NCBI GenBank assembly: GCA_036004665.1
Contig: DASYRG010000029.1
Location: 12,753-76,752, forward strand
Reading direction: 5' to 3'
Length of the DNA: 64,000 nt
Origin: a bacterium
GTDB lineage: Bacteria > Sysuimicrobiota > Sysuimicrobiia > Sysuimicrobiales > Humicultoraceae
Shown piece after piece: positions 18,739 through 29,148 of the stretch; positions within the stretch are counted from its first letter, which is position 1, and each line of letters opens with the position of its first letter. A model generated the notes under the pieces. It did not search any database and had not been told where the DNA came from. It saw nothing but the letters and a program-made list of their open reading frames with translations. Both the position numbers and the translations under genes were made by a program.

Positions 18739-19811
18739 TCCCCATCCGCCTCGGCGAGCTGGCGACCCGCCTCGGCGGAACCGTAGCGGGCGACCCCATG
18801 GTCGAGGTGACGGGGGTGGGGACGCCGGAGCACGCGGCCCCGGGAGATATCGTCCTGGCCGCAGATGCCGGCGCGCTCGAGCGGGCGGAGGCCGGAAGGG
18901 CGGGGGCGGGAGAGGCGGCGGCTGTGCTGATCCCCGAGGACCTGACCCCGCGGCGGCTGCCGGCGATCCGCTCGGGCAACGTCCGCCTGGCCTTTGCGCG
19001 TCTCCTCGAGCACTTCTCCCCGCCGCCCTCGCGCGCCCCGGGCGTCCATTCCAGCGCGGTCATCAGCCCCGACGCCCTGGTGGCGCCCGACGCCAGCGTC
19101 GGCCCGCTGGTCGTACTCGGGGCGCGGGTCCGCGTGGGCGCGCGCTCGACCGTGCAGGCGGCCGTGGTGGTCGGAGACGACGTCAGCATCGGCGCCGACT
19201 GCCTGATCTATCCCCACGTCACCATCCGCGAGGACACGATCGTGGGCGACCGCGTCATCCTCCATCCGGGCGTGGTCTTGGGCAGCGATGGGTTTGGGTA
19301 TGCTCGAGGGGAGTCGGGGCCGGTGAAGATCCCCCATCTCGGGCGGGTGGTCATCGAGGACGACGTGGAAATCGGGGCGAACACGACGATCGATCGGGGC
19401 ACGCTGGGTGAGACACGCGTGGGGCGGGCCACCAAAGTCGACAACCTGGTGCAGATCGCACACAACGTGCGCATCGGCCGCGCCGTGCTGATTGTGGGGC
19501 AGGTGGGAATCGCCGGCAGCGTCACCATCGGCGACGGCGCCACCCTGGCGGGGCAGGCGGGCGTGCCCGATCACCTCACCGTCGGGCCGGGGGCGACGCT
19601 CCTTGCCCGAGCGGTGCCGACGAAGGACGTGCCGGCCGGAGCCGTACTCTCGGGATTCCCCGCCCGACCGCACCGGGAAGAACTGCGTCTGCAGGCGCTG
19701 CTGCGACGGCTCCCGGACCTGGTCGCGCGGAGGGACGACTCCCCGCGCCGGAGACGACGCACCGCAAAGAAGAAGGATGGCCCCGAGCGGGCGGGGAAGG
19801 GGCAGCGGTGA
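18735..19811 (+). CDS. lpxD: UDP-3-O-(3-hydroxyacyl)glucosamine N-acyltransferase
   Basis: Left-handed beta-helix hexapeptide repeats plus a GFGY...[24 protein letters not shown] core. Basic Arg/Lys-rich C-terminal tail. GTGA overlap with the preceding skp paralogue. Confidence 0.85.
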   Translation: MIPIRLGELATRLGGTVAGDPMVEVTGVGTPEHAAPGDIVLAADAGALERAEAGRAGAGEAAAVLIPEDLTPRRLPAIRSGNVRLAFARLLEHFSPPPSRAPGVHSSAVISPDALVAPDASVGPLVVLGARVRVGARSTVQAAVVVGDDVSIGADCLIYPHVTIREDTIVGDRVILHPGVVLGSDGFGYARGESGPVKIPHLGRVVIEDDVEIGANTTIDRGTLGETRVGRATKVDNLVQIAHNVRIGRAVLIVGQVGIAGSVTIGDGATLAGQAGVPDHLTVGPGATLLARAVPTKDVPAGAVLSGFPARPHREELRLQALLRRLPDLVARRDDSPRRRRRTAKKKDGPERAGKGQR

Positions 19812-21613
19812 CGGTGCGTCGCGCCCTGGTGTCGGGGGCGGCGCTCGCCTGCCTCCTGGCGCTCACCGCGATCCCGGGCGCGGGAGCCGGCGGACCGCCT
19901 CTGCAGGTGGTGATCCAGCCCGGGGGGCTGCCGGTCGCCACGGTGATCGTCCAGGATGTGGCGGTGCTCAGACTCCGCGGACCGGACGCCAGGACGCGCG
20001 CCACCGAGGTCGCGCGCCGCCTGGGCGAGATCCTGGCGGACGGGGCCCACCCGCTCGTGGTCGGCGTGGCCGCTCGAGGGAAGGCCGCCGACCTGTTGCT
20101 GAACGGACGGCGCCTTGTCACGGTGGATGCGACCGCGGCGCGGGGCGCGGGGTCGGTCCCGCTCGCCCTCGCCCGCGTCTGGGCGGATCAGCTCCGAGAA
20201 GCCCTCTCCCGCAACACGGTCACCCTGACCCCCGCGCTGCTCGTGCTACGCCCGGGGGAACGTGCCGCCGCGTCGGTCACTGCCTTCCTGCCGGGGCCCG
20301 TGACGATCGGCCCTCACGATGAGCGAGTGGCGGTGGCCCAGATCGTGGGCGGAGTGGTCTCCGTGGAGGCGCGGGGGATCGGCTCGACCGCGGTGCCGGT
20401 GATCGTGGGGGCGGGGCAGGCCCCGCTGACCGTGGTGGTGCGCCGGCCCGCCGGGGTGATCCCTCAGACCGTGACGGTGCGGGTGACCGGCGAGCTGAGC
20501 GCGGCCCTCGTTCGTGAGGCGGTGCAGCGGAAGATCGAGCAGAGCGTCCTGCGAGAACCCGGAGCATCCCTCGCAGTGGGAGCGATCCACGTCGATGAGA
20601 CGGCGCTGGCCGGCCCGGATGCTCCCGAGATGCTCGTCCCCGTCACCGTGCGCAGTCCCTATGCGCTGCCGGTCGACGGGGTGATCCGCGTGACCCTCGT
20701 GCGCGAGCAGGTCGAGATCGCAGACCCGGCGCTCCTGCTGGTGTCGAACCGTCCGGAAGCGGTGCTGGCCGACGGCGTGCTCTTTGAGGAGGTGGTGGAC
20801 GCCCGGCGTCCCACGCGGCTGCTCTACCATCACCAGAACGGATCCGCCGACCACTCCCGGGTGCTGACCGTCGCGCTGACCAACCGCGCCGACCATCCGG
20901 CCGCCCTCCTCCTGATCAGCGGGCTGGCCGGTCCATCTCCTGATTCCCTCTTCGTCGGATCGGCGGCCACGGGACGCTTCCTGCAGAACCTGGCGGCGGG
21001 GCGAGGGTATGTCCTGGAGATGCCTGCGCGTACAACCTACGCCTTTGTGGCGCAGACGATGGCTCCGCTGCAGCTGGTCTCCGGCATCCTCCAGTTTCAG
21101 CTTCTGGAGGGTGAGGAGCTCGAGATACGCATCGCCGCCCGCCTGCCCTGGCTGCTCGACCGCACGGTGGCGATTCCGGTCAATCAGATCGCCTACCCCC
21201 ATCCCAAAGGGGTCTTCGCCGATCCCACCATCGCGGTGGTCCGCACCGTGGACCTCCTGACCCCTACCCACCTTGTCGATCTGGGGTGGGTCGCCGGCCT
21301 GCGCGACCTGCGGACGGACGAACGCCTCGTCGGCGACTACGGTGTGGTCTACCGGCTCACCGTCACTGCGGCCAACCCTTCCCCGATCGAACTGCGCGCC
21401 GATCTGGTGGCGACCGCCGCCGGAGGAGCGGCCCGAGGGGTCTTTCTCATCGACGGCCGCCTCGTGGAGATGGCCATCTACAAGGGGTTTGAGGAGCGAA
21501 CGCTGGCGACGCTGGCGGTGCCGCCGGGGGAGCGGCTGATCACGCAGATCCTGACGATGCCGACGGCTGGGTCCTACTATCCCGTGCGCCTCAGCCTGCG
21601 ACCGCAGCCGTGA
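19808..21613 (+). CDS. Secreted hypothetical protein (601 aa), translationally coupled between lpxD and lpxC
   Basis: Signal peptide ([23 protein letters not shown]). No recognisable catalytic motif. The GTG start overlaps the lpxD stop and the stop overlaps the lpxC GTG start (GTGA at both ends). Confidence 0.55.
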   Translation: MTVRRALVSGAALACLLALTAIPGAGAGGPPLQVVIQPGGLPVATVIVQDVAVLRLRGPDARTRATEVARRLGEILADGAHPLVVGVAARGKAADLLLNGRRLVTVDATAARGAGSVPLALARVWADQLREALSRNTVTLTPALLVLRPGERAAASVTAFLPGPVTIGPHDERVAVAQIVGGVVSVEARGIGSTAVPVIVGAGQAPLTVVVRRPAGVIPQTVTVRVTGELSAALVREAVQRKIEQSVLREPGASLAVGAIHVDETALAGPDAPEMLVPVTVRSPYALPVDGVIRVTLVREQVEIADPALLLVSNRPEAVLADGVLFEEVVDARRPTRLLYHHQNGSADHSRVLTVALTNRADHPAALLLISGLAGPSPDSLFVGSAATGRFLQNLAAGRGYVLEMPARTTYAFVAQTMAPLQLVSGILQFQLLEGEELEIRIAARLPWLLDRTVAIPVNQIAYPHPKGVFADPTIAVVRTVDLLTPTHLVDLGWVAGLRDLRTDERLVGDYGVVYRLTVTAANPSPIELRADLVATAAGGAARGVFLIDGRLVEMAIYKGFEERTLATLAVPPGERLITQILTMPTAGSYYPVRLSLRPQP

Positions 21614-22485
21614 AGGCCGCGACGGGGGACTCGCGGGTGGCTGTGAAGCTGGCGCAGGGCACGATCGGGCGCCCGGTGACAATGACCGGGGTCGGCCTGC
21701 ACACGGGGGCGCCGGTGCGCCTCCGGCTGGAGGCGGCCCCGCCCGGCAGCGGAATCGTTTTTCGCCGCCTCGATCGCCCCGAAACCGCGGCCATCGGCGC
21801 CACCCTCGCGGCGGTGTGGGAGACGCGCCGCGGCGTCACGCTCCGCTCCGGCGACGGGACGGTGGCCACCGTGGAACACCTGCTCTCAGCCGCGGTCGGA
21901 ATGGGGATCGACAACCTTCGCGTCGAGGTCGAGGGGCCGGAACTCCCGGCGCTGGACGGCAGCGCCGCCGGCTTTACGCGGGCGCTCGAGGAGGGGGGGC
22001 GCGTGGATCAGCGCGCGCCCGCGCGGGAGATCCGCCTGGGAGCCTGCGAGGTTGTCGAGGGGCAGAGCCGGGCCATGACGAGTCCCGGGGAAGAGTCACG
22101 GTTCGCCTACACGGTGGAGCTGCCGGCGCCGCTGGGGAGGATGGTCTTCTCCGCAAGCCTGGAGGGCTACCGCGAAGATATCGCTCCGGCGCGCACCTGG
22201 GGATTCGCCGCAGACGCCGCCGCGCTCGAAGCGGCGGGCCTGGCCCGCGGGGCGTCGCTGGAGAACGTGCTGGTGATCGGGGCGGAGGGGTACATCAACG
22301 CGCCGCGCTTCTCTGACGAGCCGGCCCGTCACAAGGTTCTCGACCTGATCGGCGACCTGGCGCTCCTGGGGGCGAGAGTGCGGGGGCACGTGGCGGTCAC
22401 CGCCGGCGGGCACAGTCTGCACCTGGCACTGGCCCGGGAGATCGCCCGCCGCTGGGGATCGGGCGCGGAGAGAGAGGTGGGGTGA
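21610..22485 (+). CDS. lpxC: UDP-3-O-acyl-N-acetylglucosamine deacetylase
   Basis: [31 protein letters not shown]...TVEHLLSA... is the LpxC N-terminal pattern. Length 291 aa. Confidence 0.85.
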   Translation: MKAATGDSRVAVKLAQGTIGRPVTMTGVGLHTGAPVRLRLEAAPPGSGIVFRRLDRPETAAIGATLAAVWETRRGVTLRSGDGTVATVEHLLSAAVGMGIDNLRVEVEGPELPALDGSAAGFTRALEEGGRVDQRAPAREIRLGACEVVEGQSRAMTSPGEESRFAYTVELPAPLGRMVFSASLEGYREDIAPARTWGFAADAAALEAAGLARGASLENVLVIGAEGYINAPRFSDEPARHKVLDLIGDLALLGARVRGHVAVTAGGHSLHLALAREIARRWGSGAEREVG

Positions 22486-23024
22486 TGGAAGAGGGCGGGC
22501 GGATGGATGCGGCACAGATTCTCACCATCCTGCCGCACCGCTATCCCTTCCTGCTGGTCGACCGGATTCTCGAGGTGGGAGAGCGTCGGATTGTGGGCAT
22601 CAAGACTGTCACGGTCAACGAGCCCTTCTTTGCCGGCCATTTCCCGGGTCATCCGGTGATGCCGGGCGTGCTCATCGTGGAGGCGATGGCGCAGGTGGGG
22701 GCCTGCCTCATCCTGAACCGACCGCACCTGCAGGGCCGCGTGGCCTACTTCGCCGGTATCGACCACTGCCGCTTCCGCCGCATGGTCATCCCGGGCGACA
22801 CGCTGCGCATTGAGGTGGAGGTGCGCGCCCTGCGCGGTCGAATCGGCAAGCTCTGGGCGACCGCACGGGTGGGCGACGACCCCGCGGCCGAAGCCGAGAT
22901 TACGTTTGCCCTCCCCGAAGCTGAAGTGGGTGCCCTCCCCGAATCTGAAGTGGGTGCCGTCCCCGAACCCGACGTGAGCCTCCCCGAACGACGCCCAGTA
23001 CCCTCAGAGGACGGCGGAGGGTGA
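22482..23024 (+). CDS. fabZ: 3-hydroxyacyl-ACP dehydratase FabZ with a repeat-containing C-terminal extension
   Basis: [17 protein letters not shown]...[20 protein letters not shown] hot-dog fold. The C-terminus carries about three copies of a ALPE(A/S)EVG(A)(L/V)PE repeat (DNA 22906-22990). Confidence 0.85.
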   Translation: MMEEGGRMDAAQILTILPHRYPFLLVDRILEVGERRIVGIKTVTVNEPFFAGHFPGHPVMPGVLIVEAMAQVGACLILNRPHLQGRVAYFAGIDHCRFRRMVIPGDTLRIEVEVRALRGRIGKLWATARVGDDPAAEAEITFALPEAEVGALPESEVGAVPEPDVSLPERRPVPSEDGGG

Positions 23025-23878
23025 GCGCGCCGCGCCGCGCCGCGGCGGCAGCCTCGGTCCCGGAGATCCATCCCACGGCGGTCGTGGCCCCGGGAGCCCA
23101 CCTCGAGGCGGGCGTGGTGGTCGGTCCCTATGCCGTAGTGGGAGAGGACGTGACCATCGGCGCCGGCACGCGCATCGGACCGCACGTGGTGATCGAGGAG
23201 GGCGTCCGCATCGGCCGGGACAACGTCATTTCGACGGGCACGATCATCGGCTGCCTCCCCCAGGATCGCAAGTTCCTCGGCGAACGCAGCCACGTCGTCA
23301 TCGGGGACCGCAACCTCATCCGCGAGTACGCGTCGATCAGCCGTGCCACCGGCGCCGGGGAAGCGACGACGATCGGCAGCGACAACTTCGTCATGTCCTA
23401 CGTGCGCATCGACCACAACGCGCGACTGGGGAACCGCGTCGTCCTGGTCGGCGGCTCGATGGTCGCCGGGCACGTCGAGGTGGACGACGACGCTTACGTC
23501 AGTGGGATGACGGGGCTGCACCAGTTCGTGCGGGTGGGGCGGCTGGCCATGATCGGCGGGTACACGATGCTGCGGCAGGATTGCCCACCGTTCATCCTGG
23601 TCACCGGGGTGCCGGGACGCGCCCGGGCGCTGAACCTGGTGGGTCTGAGGCGAAACGGCGTCGCGGCGGCGGACCGCTCGGCGCTGCGCCGGGCGTTTCA
23701 CATCTTTTACCAATCGCAGTTGGGGAGAACGCGGGCACTGGCCGCACTGGTGGACGAACTCGGCGACCATCCCCTGGTCAGGGAACTCATCGACTTCCTT
23801 CAGACATCCCGCGGCAGCCGCCGCGGGTTGGTGCGATGGTCGGGACAGACCGAGCCGGAGAGCGACCCCGAGCCGTAG
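23021..23878 (+). CDS. lpxA: Acyl-ACP--UDP-GlcNAc O-acyltransferase
   Basis: Hexapeptide-repeat beta-helix followed by the LpxA alpha-helical C-terminal domain (...[28 protein letters not shown]...[10 protein letters not shown]). Confidence 0.85.
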   Translation: MSAPRRAAAAASVPEIHPTAVVAPGAHLEAGVVVGPYAVVGEDVTIGAGTRIGPHVVIEEGVRIGRDNVISTGTIIGCLPQDRKFLGERSHVVIGDRNLIREYASISRATGAGEATTIGSDNFVMSYVRIDHNARLGNRVVLVGGSMVAGHVEVDDDAYVSGMTGLHQFVRVGRLAMIGGYTMLRQDCPPFILVTGVPGRARALNLVGLRRNGVAAADRSALRRAFHIFYQSQLGRTRALAALVDELGDHPLVRELIDFLQTSRGSRRGLVRWSGQTEPESDPEP

Positions 23879-24690
23879 GGCTACTGGCGGGGGAGGGGCG
23901 CCTGCCGGAGGTGCTGGCGGAGGGGGTCCGCCGCGCCGGAGGGACCCTTGTTTGCGTACAGATGGCCGGGTCAAGTCCGCTCCTCAAATCGACCGCCGAC
24001 GTCTTTGCGCGGATGGAGCCCGGCGACTGGGAGCGACTGTTCGACATCTGGAAGGCGCACGGGGTGAGTGAGGTTCTGCTGGCCGGGCGCTTCAACCGGG
24101 TCGCGCTGCCCGCCGCCCTCGCCGGAGGCGACGAGGCCGCCCGTGCCTTCCTGGCGCAGCACTCCGAGCGGGGCGATCAGCACTTCCTCCAGACGTTTGC
24201 CAGGATGCTGGGGGGGATGGGCATCGCCGTCATCGACCAGCGGACCTATGCGCGGGACCTGATCCCCGGACCGGGCCGGCTGGCCGGATCTCCTCTCTCC
24301 TCCGAAGAGGAGCGGGACGTGGCCCTGGGGCTTGGCGTGGCCCGGACGCTGGCGGAGCAGGAGGTCGGCCAGACCCTCATCCTCAAGGGAGGGGTGATGC
24401 TGGCGGTGGAGGCGGCTGAGGGGACTGACGCGGCCATCCGTCGCGGAGGCGCAATGGCTCCGGCGGCCGTGGTGGTCAAGGTCAGCCGCCCCCGTCAGGA
24501 CCCCCGCTTCGATCTGCCGACGATTGGGCCGGAGACGGTGGAGGCGATGGCGGCCGTCCGGGCAAGAGTTCTCGCCGTCGAAGCGGGGCGCACTATCGTC
24601 CTCGCCAGGGAGACGCTGGCCGCGGCGGCGGTGCAGGCCCGCATCACCGTCACCGCCGTCGAGGCGCCGCCGCTGCCTGGTGTCCCCTAG
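23836..24690 (+). CDS. lpxI: UDP-2,3-diacylglucosamine hydrolase LpxI (DUF1009 family)
   Basis: [12 protein letters not shown]... N-terminus and overall DUF1009 pattern. Placed between lpxA and lpxB as in LpxI-using lineages. Start taken as the in-frame ATG at 23836 inside the lpxA 3' end. Confidence 0.6.
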   Translation: MVGTDRAGERPRAVGLLAGEGRLPEVLAEGVRRAGGTLVCVQMAGSSPLLKSTADVFARMEPGDWERLFDIWKAHGVSEVLLAGRFNRVALPAALAGGDEAARAFLAQHSERGDQHFLQTFARMLGGMGIAVIDQRTYARDLIPGPGRLAGSPLSSEEERDVALGLGVARTLAEQEVGQTLILKGGVMLAVEAAEGTDAAIRRGGAMAPAAVVVKVSRPRQDPRFDLPTIGPETVEAMAAVRARVLAVEAGRTIVLARETLAAAAVQARITVTAVEAPPLPGVP

Positions 24691-25903
24691 CCTCTTTCTC
24701 GTCGCCGGCGAGGTGTCCGGCGACATCTATGGGGCCGATCTCATCGCCGCCCTCCGCCGGCGCCGCCCCGACCTCGCGCTGATCGCCGTGGGCGGACCGC
24801 GGATGGAGGCGGCCGGGGCGCGACGCGTCCTCTCGAGCGAGGAGTGGGGCCTCATCGGGTGGCTGGAGGCGCTGCCCCGGGTGCCGGTTTTTCTCCGCCG
24901 CCGGGCCGCGGTGACCCGAGCGATCCAGTCCGCCGACCCCGCCGCCGTCGTGCTAATCGATTTCCCCGGCTTCAACCTGTCACTGGCCCGCCGGCTGGCG
25001 GGGCGGAGGCCGGTGGCCTACTTCATGCCGCCGATGGTCTCGACACGCCGCGGCGATCGGGCCGGCCGCATCGCGCGCCTGGGATTGCGGCTGCTCGCGG
25101 CCTTCCCGTTCGAAGCCGAGGCCTACCGGCGCGCCGGGGCCGACGTGGTTTTCATCGGTCATCCCGCGCTCGACCGCGTGCGCCCCAGCGCCGATCGGAC
25201 CGGCGTCCGCGCCCGGCTGGGCGTGACACCCGACGCGCCGGTCGTGGCCCTATTACCCGGGAGCCGCCGCCAGGAACTGGCCCGCCATCTCCCCATCATG
25301 GTCGAGGCGCTCTCGCTCGTGAGGCGGCGCGTCCCGCAGGTCCGGGCCGTCCTGCCCGTCGCGGCGCGGCTGTTCCAACCCGTTGTTGAACGGTTGGTCG
25401 CCGCCTCCCCGGTGCCGGTCGCGCTCGTGCCGGGCGGGACCCAGGAGGGCTATGACGCGCTGTCGGTCAGCGATTTCGCCGTGGTCGCGTCGGGGACGGC
25501 GACGCTGGAAGCGATGTGCCTGGGGCTTCCCATGCTGGTCGTGTACCGTGTTTCGGCGCTCACCGCTTGGTATGCGAGGCGGTTCGTGGTCGCTGTCTCC
25601 ACCGCCGCGCTGCCCTCGCTGCTGGCGGGGCGTCCCGTAGTGCCGGAGCTGCTGCAGGAGGCGTTCACCGCCGAGGCGGTGGCGGCGATGGTCTTGGCGT
25701 GGCTGGCCGACGCAGCCGGCCGAGCGGCGCTGTCCGCGGAACTGCTCGCTCTCCGCGGCCGTCTCGGTGAGGGAGGGGCTGCCGAGCGCGCCGCCGAGGA
25801 GATCCTGCGCCTGACGCCGCGGTCCGGCCCGACGCCAGATCCCCTGTCGCCTGTCTCACTCGGAGCGGCCGCGGGCCCGACCAGAGGAACCCCGGCGCCG
25901 TGA
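24680..25903 (+). CDS. lpxB: Lipid-A-disaccharide synthase
   Basis: SLFLVAGEVSGDIYGADLIAAL... N-terminus typical of LpxB (GT19). GTG start overlaps the lpxI 3' end. Confidence 0.8.
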   Translation: MSPSLFLVAGEVSGDIYGADLIAALRRRRPDLALIAVGGPRMEAAGARRVLSSEEWGLIGWLEALPRVPVFLRRRAAVTRAIQSADPAAVVLIDFPGFNLSLARRLAGRRPVAYFMPPMVSTRRGDRAGRIARLGLRLLAAFPFEAEAYRRAGADVVFIGHPALDRVRPSADRTGVRARLGVTPDAPVVALLPGSRRQELARHLPIMVEALSLVRRRVPQVRAVLPVAARLFQPVVERLVAASPVPVALVPGGTQEGYDALSVSDFAVVASGTATLEAMCLGLPMLVVYRVSALTAWYARRFVVAVSTAALPSLLAGRPVVPELLQEAFTAEAVAAMVLAWLADAAGRAALSAELLALRGRLGEGGAAERAAEEILRLTPRSGPTPDPLSPVSLGAAAGPTRGTPAP

Positions 25904-26508
25904 GCCGGCGTGCCCTTGCGGCGATCGCCGCAGCCGCGGTCCTTCTGGCGGGACTCTGGGCGGTCATGAGGAGTGGTCCTCCCGCGGTCCGCGGACCCGG
26001 AAGCGCACCGTCTTCTCCGCCCCCGAGCCCGGCGGCTGCGAGGCCGTCGGCGATCTCGCGGGCGACGGCGACGCCCGCGCTCCCATCGATCAGGATCGAG
26101 GAGAGCCGGATCCGCGGCGCCGATCCCGCCGGTCGGGTACAGTGGGAACTGCGGGCGACCGGCCTCCAGGTAGACGCCGACCGTGAGGAGGTCCGCCTGA
26201 CGGGCGTGGAGGGGACGTTTCTGGAGAAGGGCAAGCCCGCGGTTACCTTCATCGCCCCGCGCGCGCTCTTTGCCATGCAGACGCGGGACATTATCCTCAC
26301 CGGGGGCGTACGCGCCCGCGCCGGCGACGATCGGTCGGTCGAGGCCCGGGAGATCCGCTACCTTGCCGCCCGACGTGTGCTGATCGCCAGCGGGGGCGTC
26401 CGCCTGATGCAAGAACGGATGATTGTGCGGGCCGACCGTCTGGAGAGCGACGTGGCTTTGCGGCGGACCCGGCTGACCGGGCACATCACCGTCACGATCA
26501 GGGAATGA
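25900..26508 (+). CDS. lptC: LptC-like protein (membrane-anchored LPS export component)
   Basis: N-terminal signal anchor, then an OstA-like beta-jellyroll pattern (EEVRLTGVEGTFLEKGKPAVTFIAP...IILTGGVRARAGDDRSVEAREIRY...). Position between lpxB and lptA. Confidence 0.5.
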   Translation: MSRRALAAIAAAAVLLAGLWAVMRSGPPAVRGPGSAPSSPPPSPAAARPSAISRATATPALPSIRIEESRIRGADPAGRVQWELRATGLQVDADREEVRLTGVEGTFLEKGKPAVTFIAPRALFAMQTRDIILTGGVRARAGDDRSVEAREIRYLAARRVLIASGGVRLMQERMIVRADRLESDVALRRTRLTGHITVTIRE

Positions 26509-26518
26509 AAAGGACGAG

Positions 26519-27361
26519 ATGACGCACAGGCGTGCGGCACTGCTCCTGGCAGCCGGCCTGGTGATGGCGGTCCTGCTCCCACCCTCGGGCGCAGCGGCTG
26601 AATCCGCTCTCCCCACCGCACAAGGGTTGCCGATAGAAGTGAGCGGCGCCGCTTTTGCGGAGTTCGACTCGCGCGCCGGCACCTGGATTCTGCGGGGCGC
26701 TCCCGTCGTGATCACGCGGGGACCAACGCGGTTGGAGGCGGCGCAGATTCGCTACGCGGAGCGCGCCGGTATCGCCGTGGCCTCCGGAGGGGTGGTCGTG
26801 CGTCATGAAACGATGACGCTGCGATCGCGAGAGGCGGAGGGGCGGTTGCGGGAACAGGTCGTCGTCGCGCAGGGCGATGTGGCGGTGACGGAGCGTCGCC
26901 CCGAAGGGGAGGCCCGGCTCACCGGCGGGCGGGTGGAGGTCTTTCTGGCCGAGCGGCGAGCCGAGGCCACCGGCCGGCCTCTCCTCAGCCATCGCGGCGG
27001 GCAGCTGACCGCCGAGCGCATCAGCTACGACTGGAGAGCGCAGACAGCGGCGGCCACCGGCGGCGCCGCCCTGGTCCTGCCGGAAGGGCGGATGAGCGCC
27101 GACCGCATGACGGCGGCCCTCGCCGCCGAAACCCTGGAGGCGACCGGAGGAGTGCGCCTCTCCAGCCAGGACGTGGTGGCCACCGCGCCCCGTGGGCTCG
27201 TTGACCGGCGGGGGGGGACAGCGCTGTTGTCCGGGGGCGTCCTGGTCCGCCGCGGTCCCGATACCCTCTCCGCCGAGACGGTGACCGTCGACCTGCGCAC
27301 GCGTCGGATCGTCGCCACCGGCGCGCCCCGCCTTGTGATCGGCAGCGCCGGAGGGAATTGA
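26519..27361 (+). CDS. lptA: LptA (OstA-like periplasmic LPS transport protein)
   Basis: Signal peptide plus repeated OstA-N-like strands. Directly upstream of lptB. Confidence 0.6.
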   Translation: MTHRRAALLLAAGLVMAVLLPPSGAAAESALPTAQGLPIEVSGAAFAEFDSRAGTWILRGAPVVITRGPTRLEAAQIRYAERAGIAVASGGVVVRHETMTLRSREAEGRLREQVVVAQGDVAVTERRPEGEARLTGGRVEVFLAERRAEATGRPLLSHRGGQLTAERISYDWRAQTAAATGGAALVLPEGRMSADRMTAALAAETLEATGGVRLSSQDVVATAPRGLVDRRGGTALLSGGVLVRRGPDTLSAETVTVDLRTRRIVATGAPRLVIGSAGGN

Positions 27362-27362
27362 G

Positions 27363-28079
27363 GTGCTAGCCGCGCGGGGATTGGTCAAACGGTACGGCGC
27401 CCGGACGGTCGTCAACGGGATCACCCTGACGGTGGAACGGGGGCAGATCATCGGCCTGCTGGGGCCGAACGGCGCTGGGAAGACGACCACTTTTTATATT
27501 ATGGTCGGGCTGGTCCGGCCCGACCGGGGCGAGGTGTGGCTGGACGAGTCGGAACTCACGCACCGCCCCGTCCACGAACGGGCACGCGCGGGGATCGGCT
27601 ACCTCGCCCAGGACCCCTCGGTCTTCCGCGGCCTCACCGTCGAGGAGAACATCCTTGTCGTCCTCGAGGCCAACGGCAAGGCGCCGCAGGCGCGGGCCGC
27701 GGTGCTGGAGCACCTGCTGGAGGAGTTCGGGCTGCAGACCGTGCGGCGCCAGGTGGGCGCCTCCCTGTCTGGTGGTGAACGGCGCCGGGTCGAGATTGCG
27801 CGGGTGCTCGCCATGGAGCCCGCCTACATCCTTCTCGACGAGCCCTTCACCGGGATCGACCCCAAGTCGGTGGCGGAGATCCAGGAGGTCGTGCGCTACC
27901 TGCGCGCCCGAGGCCTGGGGGTGATCGTCACCGACCACAACGTCCGCGAGACCCTCGCCATCACCGACCGCTCCACCATCATCTACGACGGGTCGGAGCT
28001 CTTCACCGGCACCGCCGAGGAGATCATGGAGAGCCCCGAGGCGCGCCGCTTCTACCTGGGCGAGCGCTTCCAAATGTAA
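27363..28079 (+). CDS. lptB: LPS export ABC transporter ATP-binding protein
   Basis: Walker A (LLGPNGAGKTTTFYIM), LSGGE signature and the LptB-like length of 238 aa. Confidence 0.85.
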   Translation: MLAARGLVKRYGARTVVNGITLTVERGQIIGLLGPNGAGKTTTFYIMVGLVRPDRGEVWLDESELTHRPVHERARAGIGYLAQDPSVFRGLTVEENILVVLEANGKAPQARAAVLEHLLEEFGLQTVRRQVGASLSGGERRRVEIARVLAMEPAYILLDEPFTGIDPKSVAEIQEVVRYLRARGLGVIVTDHNVRETLAITDRSTIIYDGSELFTGTAEEIMESPEARRFYLGERFQM

Positions 28080-29146
28080 TGCCGATTCTTGACCGCTACA
28101 TTATCCGGGAGGTCGGGGCGATCTTCCTGTTCGGCATCGCGCTCTTCACGCTCATTCTCACCGTCAACCACATCTTTTTCCTCGCCCGCTTCGCCGCGAC
28201 CGATCAGGTGGGCTTTGCGGTAGTGGCGCGGCTACTCCTGCTGCGGGTTCCCTACTTCCTCGCGTTCTCCCTGCCCATGGCGATGCTGCTTGGCACCCTC
28301 CTCACCTTTGGCCGCCTCTCCGACCGCAACGAGGTCGTGGCCATGCGCACAAGTGGGATCAGCCTGATCCGTGTCGCCCTCCCCGTGCTGGCCGGAGGCG
28401 TCTTCGTCTCCCTCGCCGGGATCGCACTGAACGAATGGGTGGTGCCGCTGGCCGAGGAGCGCTACCGCACTGAGTTCCTCCAGGCGGGGTCGCGATCGCT
28501 GGCGCCGCAAGGCTATCTGCTCTTCCGGGAGCGGGACGGGGAGCGAGTCTCCGTCTACTATGCGCGCCGCGTGGCGGCCGACGGGGAGAGCATGGAAGGG
28601 CTGACCGCCAACCAGTTCGAGCGGGACCGGCTGGTCCGGGTGATCGAGGCGGCCCGCGCCCGCTACGGTCCCGACGGCTGGAAACTGGAGGACGGCACGA
28701 TCCACCTCTTTGGCGGCCCGCAACTGGTGCAGGTGCGCTTTGAACGCATCGATGCCGGCATCCGGCGGACGCCCCAGGAGATCCTTGTGGGGAGAAAGGA
28801 CCCCTCGGAGATGACCATCGCCGAGCTGCGCGCCTACATGGGCATTCTCCGTCGCACCGGGGAATCGATCGCGCAGTACCTCGTCTGGCTGCACTCGCGG
28901 CTGGCCCTCCCCTCGAGCAGCCTGATCTTCGCCCTGCTGGCCGTCCCGCTGGGGTTGCGCCCCCATCGCTCCGGTTCCTCGATCGGGCTAGGGCTGACCA
29001 TCGTCACCCTGCTGGTCTATTACCTGTTGATGAACACGACGCTGGCGTTGGGGCAGTCGGGCCGGCTCCCCCCGTCTCTGGCGGCTTGGTCCCCGAACCT
29101 CCTCATCGGCGCGGTGGGAGGCTATCTGCTGTGGCGGGCGCGCTAA
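28079..29146 (+). CDS. LptF/LptG-family permease (YjgP/YjgQ)
   Basis: MPILDRYIIREVGAIFLFGIALFTLILTVN... N-terminus and six-TM topology typical of LptF/G. Only one copy present. Confidence 0.75.
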   Translation: MPILDRYIIREVGAIFLFGIALFTLILTVNHIFFLARFAATDQVGFAVVARLLLLRVPYFLAFSLPMAMLLGTLLTFGRLSDRNEVVAMRTSGISLIRVALPVLAGGVFVSLAGIALNEWVVPLAEERYRTEFLQAGSRSLAPQGYLLFRERDGERVSVYYARRVAADGESMEGLTANQFERDRLVRVIEAARARYGPDGWKLEDGTIHLFGGPQLVQVRFERIDAGIRRTPQEILVGRKDPSEMTIAELRAYMGILRRTGESIAQYLVWLHSRLALPSSSLIFALLAVPLGLRPHRSGSSIGLGLTIVTLLVYYLLMNTTLALGQSGRLPPSLAAWSPNLLIGAVGGYLLWRAR

Positions 29147-29148
29147 GG

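Noticed and set aside
20246-21682. 478-aa minus-strand ORF antisense to the lpxD-lpxC interposed gene
   Set aside because: Low-complexity Arg/Gly/Pro-rich translation. The + strand frame is part of a translationally coupled operon and has a signal peptide. Treated as an artefact, although the + strand gene has no homology to confirm it.
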